DNA of 64,000 bases from Chiloscyllium plagiosum (lineage: Eukaryota). The stretch is taken from the NCBI RefSeq assembly GCF_004010195.1, contig NC_057719.1:87780681-87844680 (forward strand). The letters run 5' to 3'. Each line of letters opens with the position of its first letter. Within the stretch, counting starts at the first letter, position 1. Below the pieces are notes generated by a model. It saw nothing but the letters and a program-made list of their open reading frames with translations. It had not been told where the DNA came from and made no database searches. Shown here piece by piece: positions 40,351-54,590 of the stretch. The position numbers and the translations under genes were made by a program.

Positions 40351-40664
40351 GATCTTTGATCTCAGCACTGCACTCATGGCCAGGACAGGATTCTAATGTC
40401 TGTTCAGCCCAATGTCATCTGACCCTCTAGCCCAGTTACGTTCACATGTTGACTCCAACCCTGAGCCAGAGATTTGGTCCTTCATCCCCTTATCTTGCTC
40501 CTTTTCAAATCTCGCCTCTGGGATCTACTGCCCCCAAGCCTTGCCCCACCATGTCTGTGTTTGTCTTCATTCTAACTCTCCCACCCACATTCCAGGGTAG
40601 GATTTCACCTCAGTTCAGCCCATAACTGGCCTCTGAACCTGTCTCACCATTCCCATTATTGCTT

Positions 40665-41980
40665 TTCAGACTGGAGACCTGTGAACAACGGTGTGCCACA
40701 AGAATCGGTGCTGGGTCCCCTGCTTTTTGTCATTTATATAAATGTCTATGAGGCGAATATAGGAGATATGGTAGTAAGTTTGCAGAAGACATCAAAATTG
40801 GTCGTGTGGTGGACAATGAAAAGGTCACCTCAGAGTACAACAGGATCTTGATCAGATGGACAGATGGGCTGAGGAGTGACAGATGGATTTTAATTTGGCA
40901 GCGCACTGACACAGTGCTGAGGACCCGGGTTCAATTCCTGCCTCAGGCAACTGTCTGTATGGAGTTTGCATATTCTCCCTGTGTCTGCGTGGGTTTCCTC
41001 CAGGTGCTCCAGTTTCCTCCTACAGTCCAAAGATGTGCAGATCAGATGTGAATTGGCCATGCTAAACTGCCTATAGTGTTAAGTGCATTAGTCAGAGGGA
41101 AATGGGTCTGGGTGGGTTACTCTTCGGAGGGTCAGTGTGGACTTGTTGGGCCGAATTGCCTGTTTCCACACTGTAGGGAATCTAATCAATTCAGATAAAT
41201 GTGAGGTGCTGCATTTTGGAAAGGCAATTCAGGGCAGGATTTATACACTTAATGGGAAGGTCCTGGGGAGTGTTGCTGAACAAAGAGACCTTGGAGTGCA
41301 AGTTCATAGCCCCTTGAAAGTAGAGTCGCAGGTAGATAGGATAGTGATGAAGGTGTTTGGTATGCTTTCCTTTATTGGTCAGAGTATTGAGTACAGGAGT
41401 TGGGAGGTCACGTTGCGGAAGTACAGGATATTTTTAGAATAGTTAGGTCACTGTTGGAATACTGCATTCAATTCTGGTCTCCCTGCTATAGGAGGGATGT
41501 TGTGAAACTTGAAAGGGTTCAGAAAAGATTTACAAGGATGTTGCCAAAGTTGGAGGGTTTGAGCTATAGGGAGAGGTTGAACAGGCTGGGGCTGTTTTCC
41601 CTGGAGTGTCGAAGGCTGAGGAGTGAACTTATAGAAGTTTATAAAATCATGAGGTGCATGGATAGGGTAAATAGACAAGGTATTTTCCCTGGGTTGGGGG
41701 AGTCCAAAACTAGAGTGCATAGGTTTAGGGTGAGAGGGGTAAATTTAAAGGGACCAAGGGGGCAACTTTTCCATGCGGAGGGTATGGAATGAGCTGGCAG
41801 AGGAAGTGGTGGAGGCTAGTACAATTGCAACATTTAAAAGACATCAGAATGGGTATATGAATAGGAAGGGTTTGGAGGAATATGGGCCAAACGCTGGCAA
41901 ATGCGACTAGATTAATTTAGGATATCTGGTTGGCATGGATAAGTTGGACTGATGGGTCTATTTCTGTGCTGTACACCTCT
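40665..41980 (+). mobile_element. CR1 LINE with nested V-SINE (~40898-41185)
   Basis: KCEVLHFGK, QRDLGVQV, LERVQKRFTRMLP; CR1 tail. Confidence 0.9.
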
Positions 41981-42077
41981 ATGATTCATGTCCTTTCTAA
42001 ATTTTTCTCCTATCAACTTGAAAATATACCCACAAGTCTTGATATCCTTCACCCTAGGGAAAAGATCATCGTTAGTA

Positions 42078-45000
42078 CCTCTTATCAAGAAGAAGAAGGA
42101 GGAGGCTTATGTAAAGATGAGACGTGAAGGCTTAGTTAGGGCGCTGGAGAGTGACAAGTTAGCCAGGAAAGACTGAAAGGGAGAGCTAAGAAGAGCTAGG
42201 AGGGGACACGAGAAGTCTTTGGCAGGTAGGATCAAGGAAAATCCTAAAGCTTTCTATAAGTATGTCAGGAATAAAAGAATTACTAGGGTAAGGTTAGGGC
42301 CAGTTCTGTGTGGAGAGGCGCTAAATAAATATTTTTCATCAGTATTCATACAGGAAAGAAAAATCAATGTTGTTGACTGAATCCTGAGATACAGGCTATT
42401 AGACTAGACAGGATTGAGGTTCACGAGGAGGAGGTGTTAGCAATTCTGGAAAGTGTGAAAATAAATAAGACCCCTGAGCTGGATGGGATTTATCTGAGGA
42501 TTCTCTGGGAAGCCAGGGAGGAGATTGCAGAGCCTTGGTTTTGATCTTTATGTTGTCATTGTCTACAGGAATAGTGCCAGAAGACTGGAGGATAGGAAAT
42601 GTTGCCTCTTGTTCAAGAAGGGGAATAGAGACAACCCTGGTAATTATAGACCAATAATTACTTCTGTTGTGGGCAAAGTTTTGGAAAGGAATATAAGAGA
42701 TAGGATTTATAATCATCGAGAAAGGAATAATTTGATTAGGGATAGTCAACACGGTTTTGTGAAGGGTAGGTCGTGCCTCACAAACCTTATTGAGTTCTTT
42801 GAGAAGGTGACCAAACAGTGGATGAGAGTAAAGCAGTTGATTTGGTGTATTTGGATTTCAGTAAAGCGTTTGTTAAGGTTCCCCATGGTGAGCTATTGCA
42901 GAAAATACGGAGACATGGGATTGAGGGTGATTTAGTGGTTTGGATCAGAAAATAGCTTATTCCTGATGAAGGGCTTTTGCCCGAAACGTCGATTTTGCCT
43001 GTCCTCGGATGCTGCCTGAACTGCTGTGCTCTTCCAGCACCACTAATTCAGAAAATAGCTAGCTGTAAGAAGACAGAGGGTGATGGTTGATAGAAAATGT
43101 TCATTCTAGAGATCAGTTACTAGAGGTGTATTGCAAGGACCTGTTTTGGGGCCACTGCTGTTGGTCATTTTTATAAATGACCTGGATGAGGGCATAGTAG
43201 GATGGGTTAATAAATTTGCAAATGACACTAAAGTTGGTACAGTTGTGGACAGTGCAGAAGGATGTTGTAGGTCACAGAGGGACATAGATAAGCTGCAGAG
43301 CTGGGCTAAGAGGTGGCAAATGGTGTTTAATGCGGAAAAGTATGAGGTGATTCACTTTGGAAAGAGCAATAAGAATATAGAATACTGGGCTAATGGTATG
43401 ATTCTTGGTAGTGTGGATGAGCAGAGGGATCTCAATGTCCATTTACATGGATCCCTGAAAGTTGCCACCCAGGTTGAAAGGGTTGTTAAGAAGGCATATG
43501 GTGTGTTAGCTTTCATTGGAGTTTCAAAGCCATGAGGTCATGCTGTAGCTGTATAAAACTCTGGTGTGGCCGCATTTGGAGTATCACGTACAGTTCTGGT
43601 CACTGCATTATAGGAAGGATGTGTAAGCTTTGGAAAGGGTTCAGAGGAGATTTATTAGGAGGGAAGTTCTTATGAGGAAAGGCTGAGGGACTTGAGGCTG
43701 TTTTCGTTGGAGAGAAGAAGGTTAAGAGGTGACTTAAAATAGGCATACAAGATGAGATTGCAGAGCCTTTAGTTTTGATCTTTATGTTGTCATTGTCTAC
43801 AGGAATAGTGCCAGAAGACTGGAGGATAGGAAATGTTGCCTCTTGTTCAAGAAGGGGAGTAGAGACAACCCTGGTAATTATGGACCAATAATTACTTCTG
43901 TTGTGGGCAAAGTTTTGGAATGGAATATAAGATATAGGATTTATAATCATCGAGAAAGGAATAATTTGATTAGGGATAGTCAACACGGTTTTGTGAAGGG
44001 TAGGTCGTGCCTCACAAACCTCATTGAGTTCTTTGAGAAAGTGACCAAACAGTGGATGAGAGTAAAGCAGTTGATTTGGTGTATTTGAATTTCAGTAAAG
44101 CGTTTGTTAAGGTTCCCCATGGTGAGCTATTGCAGAAAATGCGGAGACAAGGGATTGAGGGTGATTTAGTGGTTTGGATCAGAAAATAGCTTATTCCTGA
44201 TGAAGGGCTTTTGCCCGAAACATCGATTTTGCCTGTCCTCGGATGCTGCTTGAACTGCTGTGCTCTTCCAGCACCACTAATTCAGAAAATTCAGCTGTAA
44301 GAAGACAAAGGATGATGGTTGATAGGAAATGTTCATTCTAGAGATCAGTTACTAGAGGAGTATTGCAAGGACCTGTTTTGGGCCCACTGCTGTTGGTCAT
44401 TTTTATAAATGACCTGGATGAGGGCATAGTAGGATGGGTTAATAAATTTGCAAATGACACTAAAGTTGGTACAGTTGTGGACAATGCAGAAGGATGTTGT
44501 AGGTCACAGAGGGACATAGATAAGCTGCAGAACTGGGCTAAGAGGTGGCAAATGGAGTTTAATGCGGAAAAGTATGAGGTGATTCACTTTGGAAAGAGCA
44601 ACAAGAATATAGAATACTGGGCTAATGGTATGATTCTTGGTAGTGTGGATGAGCAGAGGGATCTCAATGTCCATTTACATGGATCCCTGAAAGTTGCCAC
44701 CCAGGTTGAAAGGGTTGTTAAGAAGGCATATGGTGTGTTAGCTTTCATTGGAGTTTCAAAGCCATGAGGTCATGCTGTAGCTGTATAAAACTCTGGTGTG
44801 GCCGCATTTGGAGTATCACGTACAGTTCTGGTCACTGCATTATAGGAAGGATGTGTAAGCTTTGGAAAGGGTTCAGAGGAGATTTATTAGGAGGGAAGTT
44901 CTTATGAAGAAAGGCTGAGGGACTTGAGGCTGTTTTCGTTGGAGAGAAGAAGGTTAAGAGGTGATTTAAAATAGGCATACAAGATGATCTGAGGATTAGA

Positions 45001-45465
45001 TAGGGTGGACAGTGAGAGCCTTTTTCCTCGGATGGTGATGGCTAGCGAGGGGACATAGTGTTCAATTGAGGGGGGATAGAAAAAGGACATATGTCAAGGT
45101 AGGTTCTTTACTCAGAGTAGCAAGGTCGTGGAATACCCTGCCTATAACAGTAGTGAACTCATCAACATTAAAGGGCATTTAAACGGTCATTGGATAAACG
45201 TTTGGACCAGAATGGAATAGTGCAGGTTAGATGGGCTTTAGATTGATTTCATTGGTTTTAGAAGGGCTCATGCCCGAAACATCGATTCTCCTGCTCCTTG
45301 GATGCTGCCTGACCTGCTGCGCTTTTCCTGCAAGACATTTTCAGCTCCAATCTCCAGTATCTGCAGTCCTCACTTTCTCCCTTAGATTGGTTTCACAGGT
45401 CGGCGCAACATCAAGGGCCAAAGGTACTGTGCTGTAATGTTCTATGTTCTATGTTTCCATGTTCT
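42078..45465 (+). mobile_element. CR1 LINE containing a ~1.23-kb tandem duplication
   Basis: RT motifs appear twice (ORFs 43131-43535 and 44363-44767 are nearly identical). Confidence 0.92.
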
Positions 45466-46084
45466 ACATCCTACCTTATCTGTGCCCCTCATGATTTTAT
45501 CAACCTCAATAAAGTCACCCCTCAACCTCCCATGCTCCAGCCTATCCAGTCTATGTTTATAACTTAAACCCTCTGTTCACAGTAACATCCTGGTAAATCA
45601 TTTCTGAACGCTCTCCAGTTGAGTAACATCCTTCCTATAACCGGGCTACCAGAACTGCACACAGTATTCCAGAAGAGGCTTCACCAATGTCCTTAGCAGC
45701 ATGTTGGGTAGTCTAACCTATCTGACCTCCTTCTAATATGATGTCCCAGCTCTGGTTCCCTGCACTGTCCTTTTCTTTAATATCCTTAACTAATCGGCCA
45801 CAATTACTCCTCACTATATCTCCCTTTAGAAGGTCCCCTTCCTAACTCTAACTCCTCAAAATGAATCTCATAGTGACTCGATTGCAAACGATTGCAAACG
45901 TCTTCCTGGTTTCAGGAAATGGGTGGCTGGTGACAGCTCTTCCCCTTACTGATGCTACACTCCAACTCCATCTCGCCTGACCTGACCTACTGCCTGACCT
46001 CCGGTCAACCTCACTTTCCCTTGCTGACATTGGCTGGCTCTTGCACCCCCTCCGCGCTCACTTCCCACCCCCAGCTGGATTTAC

Positions 46085-46210
46085 CTCTGGTCCGTATGGT
46101 AACCGGGCGATCACTTCCGGAGCCATCCAGTACGGAGTCCCAACTAAAGACCTACGCCTTGGAATCTCCTCATTCACTTGGGCACAAAACCCAAAGTCTG
46201 AGAGCTTAAC
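46085..46210 (-). CDS. PAK6: PAK6-like kinase exon (DFG and activation loop)
   Basis: Not in the ORF track. Manual translation: ctctctga[50 protein letters not shown]; 126 bp, phase 0-0. Confidence 0.96.
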
Positions 46211-47092
46211 CTTCAGAGAGACAGAGAGATGGAGAGTAAACGCGAGAGAGGGGTGGATTATACACTTGTCCTATCAGTGGGTTTACGAGGGGCAGGCTGC
46301 TGGTGGACTGTAAAATCCAGTGATTGTAGATACCAATCCCATCCCCACCCAGGGATGGGTAACCCAGTCAGCAGGCGTGCCTGCCCATCGGTCTATTGAG
46401 CTTCTTAAATTCAGCCTCCTGAACCCAAACGCCTGCCATATCTCAGCCAACAGACAGGATCTCAGACCAACACGTGGTACCCCAGTTCCCAAGGGCACTG
46501 TCAACAATGGTCCCTGCCTCCTGGCATTGCAAGGAACTGCAGCACGGCCAGCAGTTCAGCTGGGAGTGAGAAGTTCTCCCGCTGTGCCATGGTGGGGGAA
46601 AGGGCTCGAACATCCCTGTTCCTCTCAGCCCACAATCCGCGCTGCAAAGTGCTGGCTGTAGCATCCCTAGTCTCCCTTTAGCTGCTGCCTGGGTCATCTG
46701 GACATGTGGAAATGAATCATCAGATGCAGGAAATAATTACAATACCAATCCTCCATAAAAACTGGAAAAGGTCAGGGTCATGACAAATTTGCGAGTATCT
46801 AACTTGCTGCTTCCCGTCTCACCCAGATCCAGTTTTATTTCTCTCTGGGTTAAAATTTGCCTCAAGTGCTGACAGCGGGTTTTCCTCAGAGCTCCCTGCT
46901 GTTCTGGCTGCTGTTTCTGACACAGTCACAAAGTTACAGCTTGCTACTAAATGGAGTGGACAACCACCAATGTCTGCAGTCCAGTTCCTAGTGAAATTCA
47001 GCACCCTCACTATCATCCTCCATTGGCTCAAACCAGAGCAGGCCAGGTGAGGAGTCCAACCCCATTCCTGCCTGCCCTCCACTGGGTGCTCA

Positions 47093-47299
<207 letters not shown>

Positions 47300-47354
47300 T
47301 CAGGATAATTACTAAACATAATTTATCAGGTATCGGAACATATAGAGAAAGTGA

Positions 47355-48110
47355 TGTGGGTCAGAGTGACATCTGGGATCAGGGAGTGGCTGGGGTCAGA
47401 GTGACACCTGGGTTCAGGGAGTGACTGGGATCAGAGTGACACCTGGTTCAGGGAGTGACTAGGGTCAGAGTGACACCTGGGTTCAGAGAGTGACTAGGGT
47501 CAGAGTGACACCTGGGTTCAGGGAGTGACTAGGGTCAGAGTGACACCTGGGGTCAGGGAGTGACTGGGATCAGAGTGACACCTGGGTTCAGGGAGTGCCT
47601 GGGGTCAGAGTGACACCTGGGGTCAGGGAGTGACTGGGAACAGGGAGTGACTAGGGTTAGAGTGAAACCTGGGGTCAGGAAATGACTGGGGTCAGAGTGA
47701 CATCTGGGGTCAAGGAGTGATTGGGGTCAGAGTGAAACCTAGGGTTAGGGAATGACGGGTCAGAGTGACACTTGTGGGGATCAGTGAATGACTGGGGTCA
47801 GAGTGTCATCTGGGGTCAGGGAGTGACTGGGGTCAGAGTGTCACCTGTTGGGGTCAGAGAGTGACTGGGGTCAGAGTGAAACTTGAGGTTAGGGAATGAC
47901 TGGGATCAGACTGAAACTGGTGGTCAGGGAGAGATTGAGGTCAGAGTGAAACCTGTTGGGGTCAGGGTGTGACTGGGGTCAGAGTGAAACCTGCTGGGGG
48001 TCAGGAAGTGACTGGGGTCAAAGACAGCCCTGGGGTCAGAGAGTAAGTGGGGTCAGAGAGTGAGCCTCGGGGTCAGAGAGTGAATGGAGCCAAAGTGACA
48101 CCTGTCAGGG
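47355..48110. repeat. 17/18-bp dimeric minisatellite (GGGTCAGAGTGACACCTG / GGGTCAGGGAGTGACTG)
   Basis: Directly visible; its near edge is ~70 bp from the acceptor of the HRD exon. Confidence 0.93.
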
Positions 48111-48779
48111 TCAAACAGTGATGCGATGAAGATTAACTTGGGTCAAATGCTGTTGAAATTGGACCCAACCCAACAGCTTGATGTTTGCCATCCACATCAG
48201 CAATATTCTAATCCTTTGTGCTTTAGACTTAGTCATTAAAATAAGTCTGTTTCTATTCAGTTACACTCCATCCTAGATAATTTAAAATATCTTTACCAAG
48301 TTATCCTATAGATTCCACTATGTGAACGAATGGACCTGGTTGAGCAGGTTTTGCTTTGTAATTATGCAGACTAACAGCAGGCTGGAATCTAATTACAAGG
48401 AGTACATCAAGTGAGCTGGAGTAATGATAGGGTTTGCACTCAGTTCTTGGAATATATTGCTGATGGGGAAAGCTAGGTGCCAATATGTCTGTGCAGGTGG
48501 AAATAATGCAGGGACAAGCATGTTGATTGTGTGTGAGAATTGTCTGTGAGGATGAGGAAGTCCTCACATCATGACCAGCCCTGATAGCCGAACCTTGCGA
48601 AACGTCAACAGTAAACAGCTCAAACTGGAATGCCCAAATCTGAGCTGGGAAACTCTCCCTGTGACTGCAGACATCCTGACATGGTAACTTTCTACAAACT
48701 TCCGTGTTTAACAGGACATGAGGAAATCAGAGAGTCTCTCAATTATCTTGTGTACAAATCCCCAGCCAGTTCACTGCAG

Positions 48780-50690
48780 GGAAGTGGTGGTGTAGGTGGT
48801 AGTTTCACTCAAAGAATGATCTAGAATACTCAGTTAATGTTCTGGAGATGTGAGTTCAAATCCCACCAGGTGAAATGTTCTTTTTTTAAAGAGAAAAACT
48901 AGTCTAATAGCAACCACTGTCGACTGTTGCAAAATCAAATTTGGTTCACTAATGAACTTGAGGGAAGGAAATCTGCCATTCGTCTCTGCCCTGCCCAATG
49001 TATGACTCCAGGCCCACAGTAATGTGGTTGCCTCTTACCTGACCTATAAAGATGGCATTTGGATAATTTCAAGGTCATCAGACAGAGCCAACATGGTTTT
49101 GTCAAAGGGAAATAGTGTTTAACTAATCTATTGGAGTTCTTTTGTAACTTGTGCTTCAGATAAAACGAGGAACCAGTGAATGTATTGTACCAAGGCATTT
49201 GATAAGGTGTCACATAGAATCCCTACAATGTGGAAGCAGGCCATTCAGACCATTAAGTCCACACTGACCCTTCCGAATAGCATCCTATTCAGTCTCATCC
49301 CTCTACCCTGCACTTCCCATGGTTTAATCCATCTAACTTGCCCTGGACACTATAGGGCAATTTAGCATGGCCAAACTACCTAGCCTGCACATCTTTGGAC
49401 TGTGGGCAGAAACCCAAGCAGACATGGGGAAGACATGTAAATCCACACAGTCACCCCAGGCTGGAATCAAACCTGGGTACCTGTGGGGGCAGCAGTGCTA
49501 ACCACTAAGCCACTGTGCCACACCAAAGACTGGTGTGGGTATAAGATTGGTTACTAACAGGAGGCTTGAATGGGTCTTTTTCAGTCAGATAGGGTGGTGT
49601 GCTACCGTGCTTAGTTGTGGGGCAACCGTCCTTTAAAATTTATGTAAGTGATTTGGATAAAGGAATGGTCGCTAAGTTTACTGATGACACAAAGATAGAT
49701 AGAAACTGAGTCATGAAGAGGATACAGGATCCTACAAAGGGATGTAGACAGCTTGTGAGTGAGGCAAGGGCTGGTGAATGGAGTATAATGTGGAAAAGGG
49801 TAAAATTGTCCATTTTAGCACAAAGAATAGAAAGAAGGCACATTATCTAAAAGGTGAAAGATTGCATAGCTCTGAAATGCAAAGAGATCTGGGTGTCCCA
49901 GAAGGTTCCTGGATAGGAGAGGAATGAATGAATCACAGAAGGTTAGTAGACAGGTAAAATCTATAATTAGGAAAACTCACAGAATGTTATATTTTATTGT
50001 GAGGGGAATTGTGTGGAAGAATAGGGTGTTTATGCTTCAGTTATACAGGCCATTGGTGAGACTACCTCTGGAGTTCTGTGTAGAGTACTGGTCACTGTAC
50101 TCACAGCAGCATGTTAATGCATTGGAAGCAGTTAGAGAAGGTAACTGCTAATAGTTGGAGTGAGCAGACTGCATTGTGAGGAAAGGCTAGACAGGCTGGC
50201 TCTGTGTCCTTGGGAGTTTAGAACAAGTCTGAAGGGACTGAACTTAAACATAAAAGATCCTGAGGTAACTTGACCAGGTGGATGTGGAAAGAACGAGGGT
50301 TCGAAGTTTAAAAACAAGGGAGCGCCTATTTAAAACAGGGATGAGGAAACATTTTCCTCACAAAGGGTCGAGTGTCTTTGGAATTCCGTTCCTCAAAAGT
50401 CCGTGGATACAGAACATTTATATATTTTTAAGGCAGAGGTAGATCAATTCTTGATGACTGAGGGGATGAAAGATTATCCAGGGGATAAAAGTTTATCCAG
50501 GGATTTGCAGGAGTTAACAGTTAAGGCTAAAATCAGATCTGCTACAATATTATTGAACGGGAGAGCAGGTTTGAAGGGCTGAGTGGCCTACTGTTTTTCC
50601 TTCAAATAGTCTAGCAAGCCACTCAGTTCAAGGATAATTAGGGGATCAGCAACAAATGTCAATCTTGCCAGTGATGCAAGAGTAACGAAT
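48780..50690 (+). mobile_element. tRNA-type SINE with LINE-like tail (48780-49040, 50605-50690) interrupted by a CR1 (49050-50600) that holds a V-SINE (49217-49522, minus)
   Basis: The outer halves match the intact copy at 55380-55860. CR1 motifs QHGFVKG, KAFDKV, TDDTK. Confidence 0.7.
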
Positions 50691-50908
50691 ACTTATTTAT
50701 ATTCAATTAATAAATAAAGATTATTCATAAGACTACGATTCATCTGGAGAGAATTAGCCAATATAGAAATGGTGGAATGGAGATTAACCCATCTGTGCTG
50801 CACTATCACTTCATGCCATTGGCCATCCAATTGCGACGTGATCAATATCAGACACAGTGCTCCAACTGAGCTCACAGTAAAAGGTCAGAGAGGTTCACTG
50901 TGCTTTCA

Positions 50909-51094
<186 letters not shown>

Positions 51095-51159
51095 TCAAAG
51101 AGATCGCACAGTGATTGGGAGCTGGCTGGGTGGAGGCAACGCTCTGCCACTAATCTCGT

Positions 51160-51620
51160 CGCAACCATCATTGAACCTCGAATCGATCCCTTCTCTCGGT
51201 AACTCTAACCAATCCTTACTCTCTGTGTACCTCTAACCGATCCCCTCTCTTGGTACCTCGAACCGATCCCCTCTCTCGGTACCTCTAACCGATCCCCTCT
51301 CTCGGTAACTCTAACCGATCCCCTCTCTCGGTACCTCTAACCGATCCCCTCTCTCGGTACTTCTAACTGATCCCCTCTCTCAGTATCTCTAGCCAATCCC
51401 CTCGGTATTTCTCTCTCTGTATTCCTGACCCTCCATTCCCTCTCTGACCTTCGACCCCCCCTCCATATCTCTGACCTTGAGTCCCCTCTCTCTGACCCTC
51501 AATCCCCCTCTCTGTATCTCTGACCTTCTCTCTGTCTCGGAGTCTCAATCCCAGTCTCTCAATCCCTCTCTCTCCGTACCCTTGACCCTAGATCCCTCTG
51601 TCTCTGTCTCCCTGACCCTA
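51160..51620. repeat. 26-bp minisatellite (CTCTAACCGATCCCCTCTCTCGGTAC) and pyrimidine-rich derivatives
   Basis: Fills most of the 631-bp PAK intron between the LFNE and VVIMRD exons. Confidence 0.88.
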
Positions 51621-52271
<651 letters not shown>

Positions 52272-52569
52272 TCATACCTACTAGTGCCCATCGTCACCCA
52301 GCCCCCAAGCAGTGGGCCACATCTGCGGCTATACTACAAAGGATCAGCCAACATTCATTGTCTGGATCCTATGGTACACCAGACAAACCAATATATTGGA
52401 CCCATACACCGGGTCAATGATTATGTTAGATCCACCAGCACATTTGATCAATTAGTGCAGTAAATCTGTCAGCACACTGGATCACCAGTTTACTGCCAGT
52501 GCCCTTGTTCCACTAATACATTATACTCACAAGTGTACTCGGTCCATCAATATATTAGTGCACTAGATA

Positions 52570-52796
52570 GGGGAGGTTGGTTAGCTCAGTTGGCTGGACG
52601 ACTGGTTTGTGACGCAGACTAACAACAGCATGGGTTCAATTCCTACACTGGCTGAGGTCAGTCACTGGTGAAAGTCCTTCCTTCTCAACCTCTCCCCTCA
52701 TCTGAGGCATGGTGACCCTCAGGTTAAACTGCCACCAGTCCTATCTCTCTAATGAGAGAGCAGCCCTTAATCTGGTTGGAAGATGGTGACTTTACA
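52570..52796 (+). mobile_element. tRNA-derived SINE (family distinct from HE1)
   Basis: A box GGTTAGCTCAGTTGG, B box GGGTTCAATTCC, then a non-tRNA body ending GGTGACTTTAC. Confidence 0.65.
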
Positions 52797-52929
52797 TAGC
52801 ACACTGGTATCAGATTTGTCAGTGTGCTGTACCTGCTGGTACAATGGATCTGTTAAAATGCAGAATTCAATGGGATACAGGATCTAATGGTATATTGGAT
52901 ATGTTAGGACAATGAATCCACTGGTATAC

Positions 52930-54590
52930 TTAGAGTCATAGAGATTTACAGCATGGAATCAGATCCTTTAGCCCAACTCATCCTTGCTGAACAAATATCC
53001 TAAATGAATCTAGTCCCATTTGCCAGCACTTGACCCAGATCTCTCTAAACTCTTCCTAGGCATGTAACCATCCAAATGTCCTTTACATGTTGCATTTGTA
53101 CCATCTCCTCTGGCAGCTCATTCCATACACGCACCACCCTTTGTGTGAAAAGGTTGCGCCGAGGTCCCTTTTAAATCTTTCCCTCTTACCTTAAACCCAT
53201 GCGCTCTAGTTTTGGATTCTCCTATCCTGCAGAAAAAACCTTGCCTATTTACCCTAACCAATCCCCTCATGATTTTATGAACCTCGATAATGTCACCCCT
53301 CAGCCTCCAGAAAAAATAGCCCCAGCCAATTCAGCCTCTCCATTTTGGTCAAACCGTCCAACCCTGGCACCATCCTTGTAAATCTTTTCTGAACCCCTTC
53401 AAGTTTCACAACATCCTTCCGACAGGAAGGAGATCAGAATTGAGCGCAGTATTCCAATAGTGACCTAAACAATGCCCTATACAGCCATGATACAACCTCC
53501 TATACTCCATGCATTGACCAAGAAGAGAAAGCTTACCACACACCTTCTTCACTATCCTATCTACCTCCTACTCCATTTGTAAGGAACTATGAACCTGCAC
53601 TCCAAGGTCTCTTTATTCTGCAACACTCCCCAGGACTTTACCATTAAGTCCTGCTCTGATTTGCCTTTCCAAAATGTAGCACCTCAAGTTATCTAAATTA
53701 AACTCTACCTGCCACTCCTCAGCCCATCGGCCCATCTAGTCAAGATCCCGTTGTACTCTGAGGTAACCTTCTCCACTGACCAATTTTGATTAGATTGTAT
53801 ACTGAATTCACTCATTTATTGGAAACCTTATTATACTGATTTTGCCTAAACCTTGGATCTCCAAGTACACTGGAACTACTTGTGTATTAACATCATCATA
53901 CATTGACTCCAGGTCAGTGAATTCACTAACAGAGTCATAGAATCTATCACAGCACAGAACCAGGCCTCTTCAGTCCAATCAGTCCATGCCAACCATAATC
54001 CCAAACTAAACTGGTCCCACCATCCTGCTCTTGGCCCATATCCCTCCAACATTTTTTTTAAATTCATGAACCTATCCAAATGTCTTTTAAACATTGTAAC
54101 AGTATCCATATCCACTATATCCTCTGGAAGTTCATTCCTGAACCTATCCAAATGTCTTTTAAACATTGTAACATATCCATATCCACTATATCCTCTGGAA
54201 GTTCATTCCAAACACAAACTACCCTCCGTGTAAAAATATTGCCTCATGTCTTTCCCCTCTCACCTTAAAAATATGCTCCCTAGCTTTGAAAACCCCACTG
54301 TAGGGAAAAGACATCTGACATTCATCTTATCTGTACCTGTCATGAGTTTACAAACCGCTATAAGGCACCCCTCAGCTTCCTATGCTCCAGTGAAAGAAAT
54401 TCCAGCCTTCCAGCCTCTCCATATAACTCAAAACCCTCCATTCGCAGCAACATCCTGGTAAACCTCCTCCAAACCGTCTCCAGTTTAATAGTATCCTCCC
54501 TATAACAGGGCAACCAGAACAGAACACAATGCTCCAGAAGAGGACTCACCAACACCCTCTACAACCTCCACATGAACTCCCAACTCCAAC
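52930..54590 (-). mobile_element. Two CR1 3' fragments (52930-53780; 53930-54590)
   Basis: Reverse CR1 tails (ctctatgactct) and RT C-termini. Confidence 0.85.
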
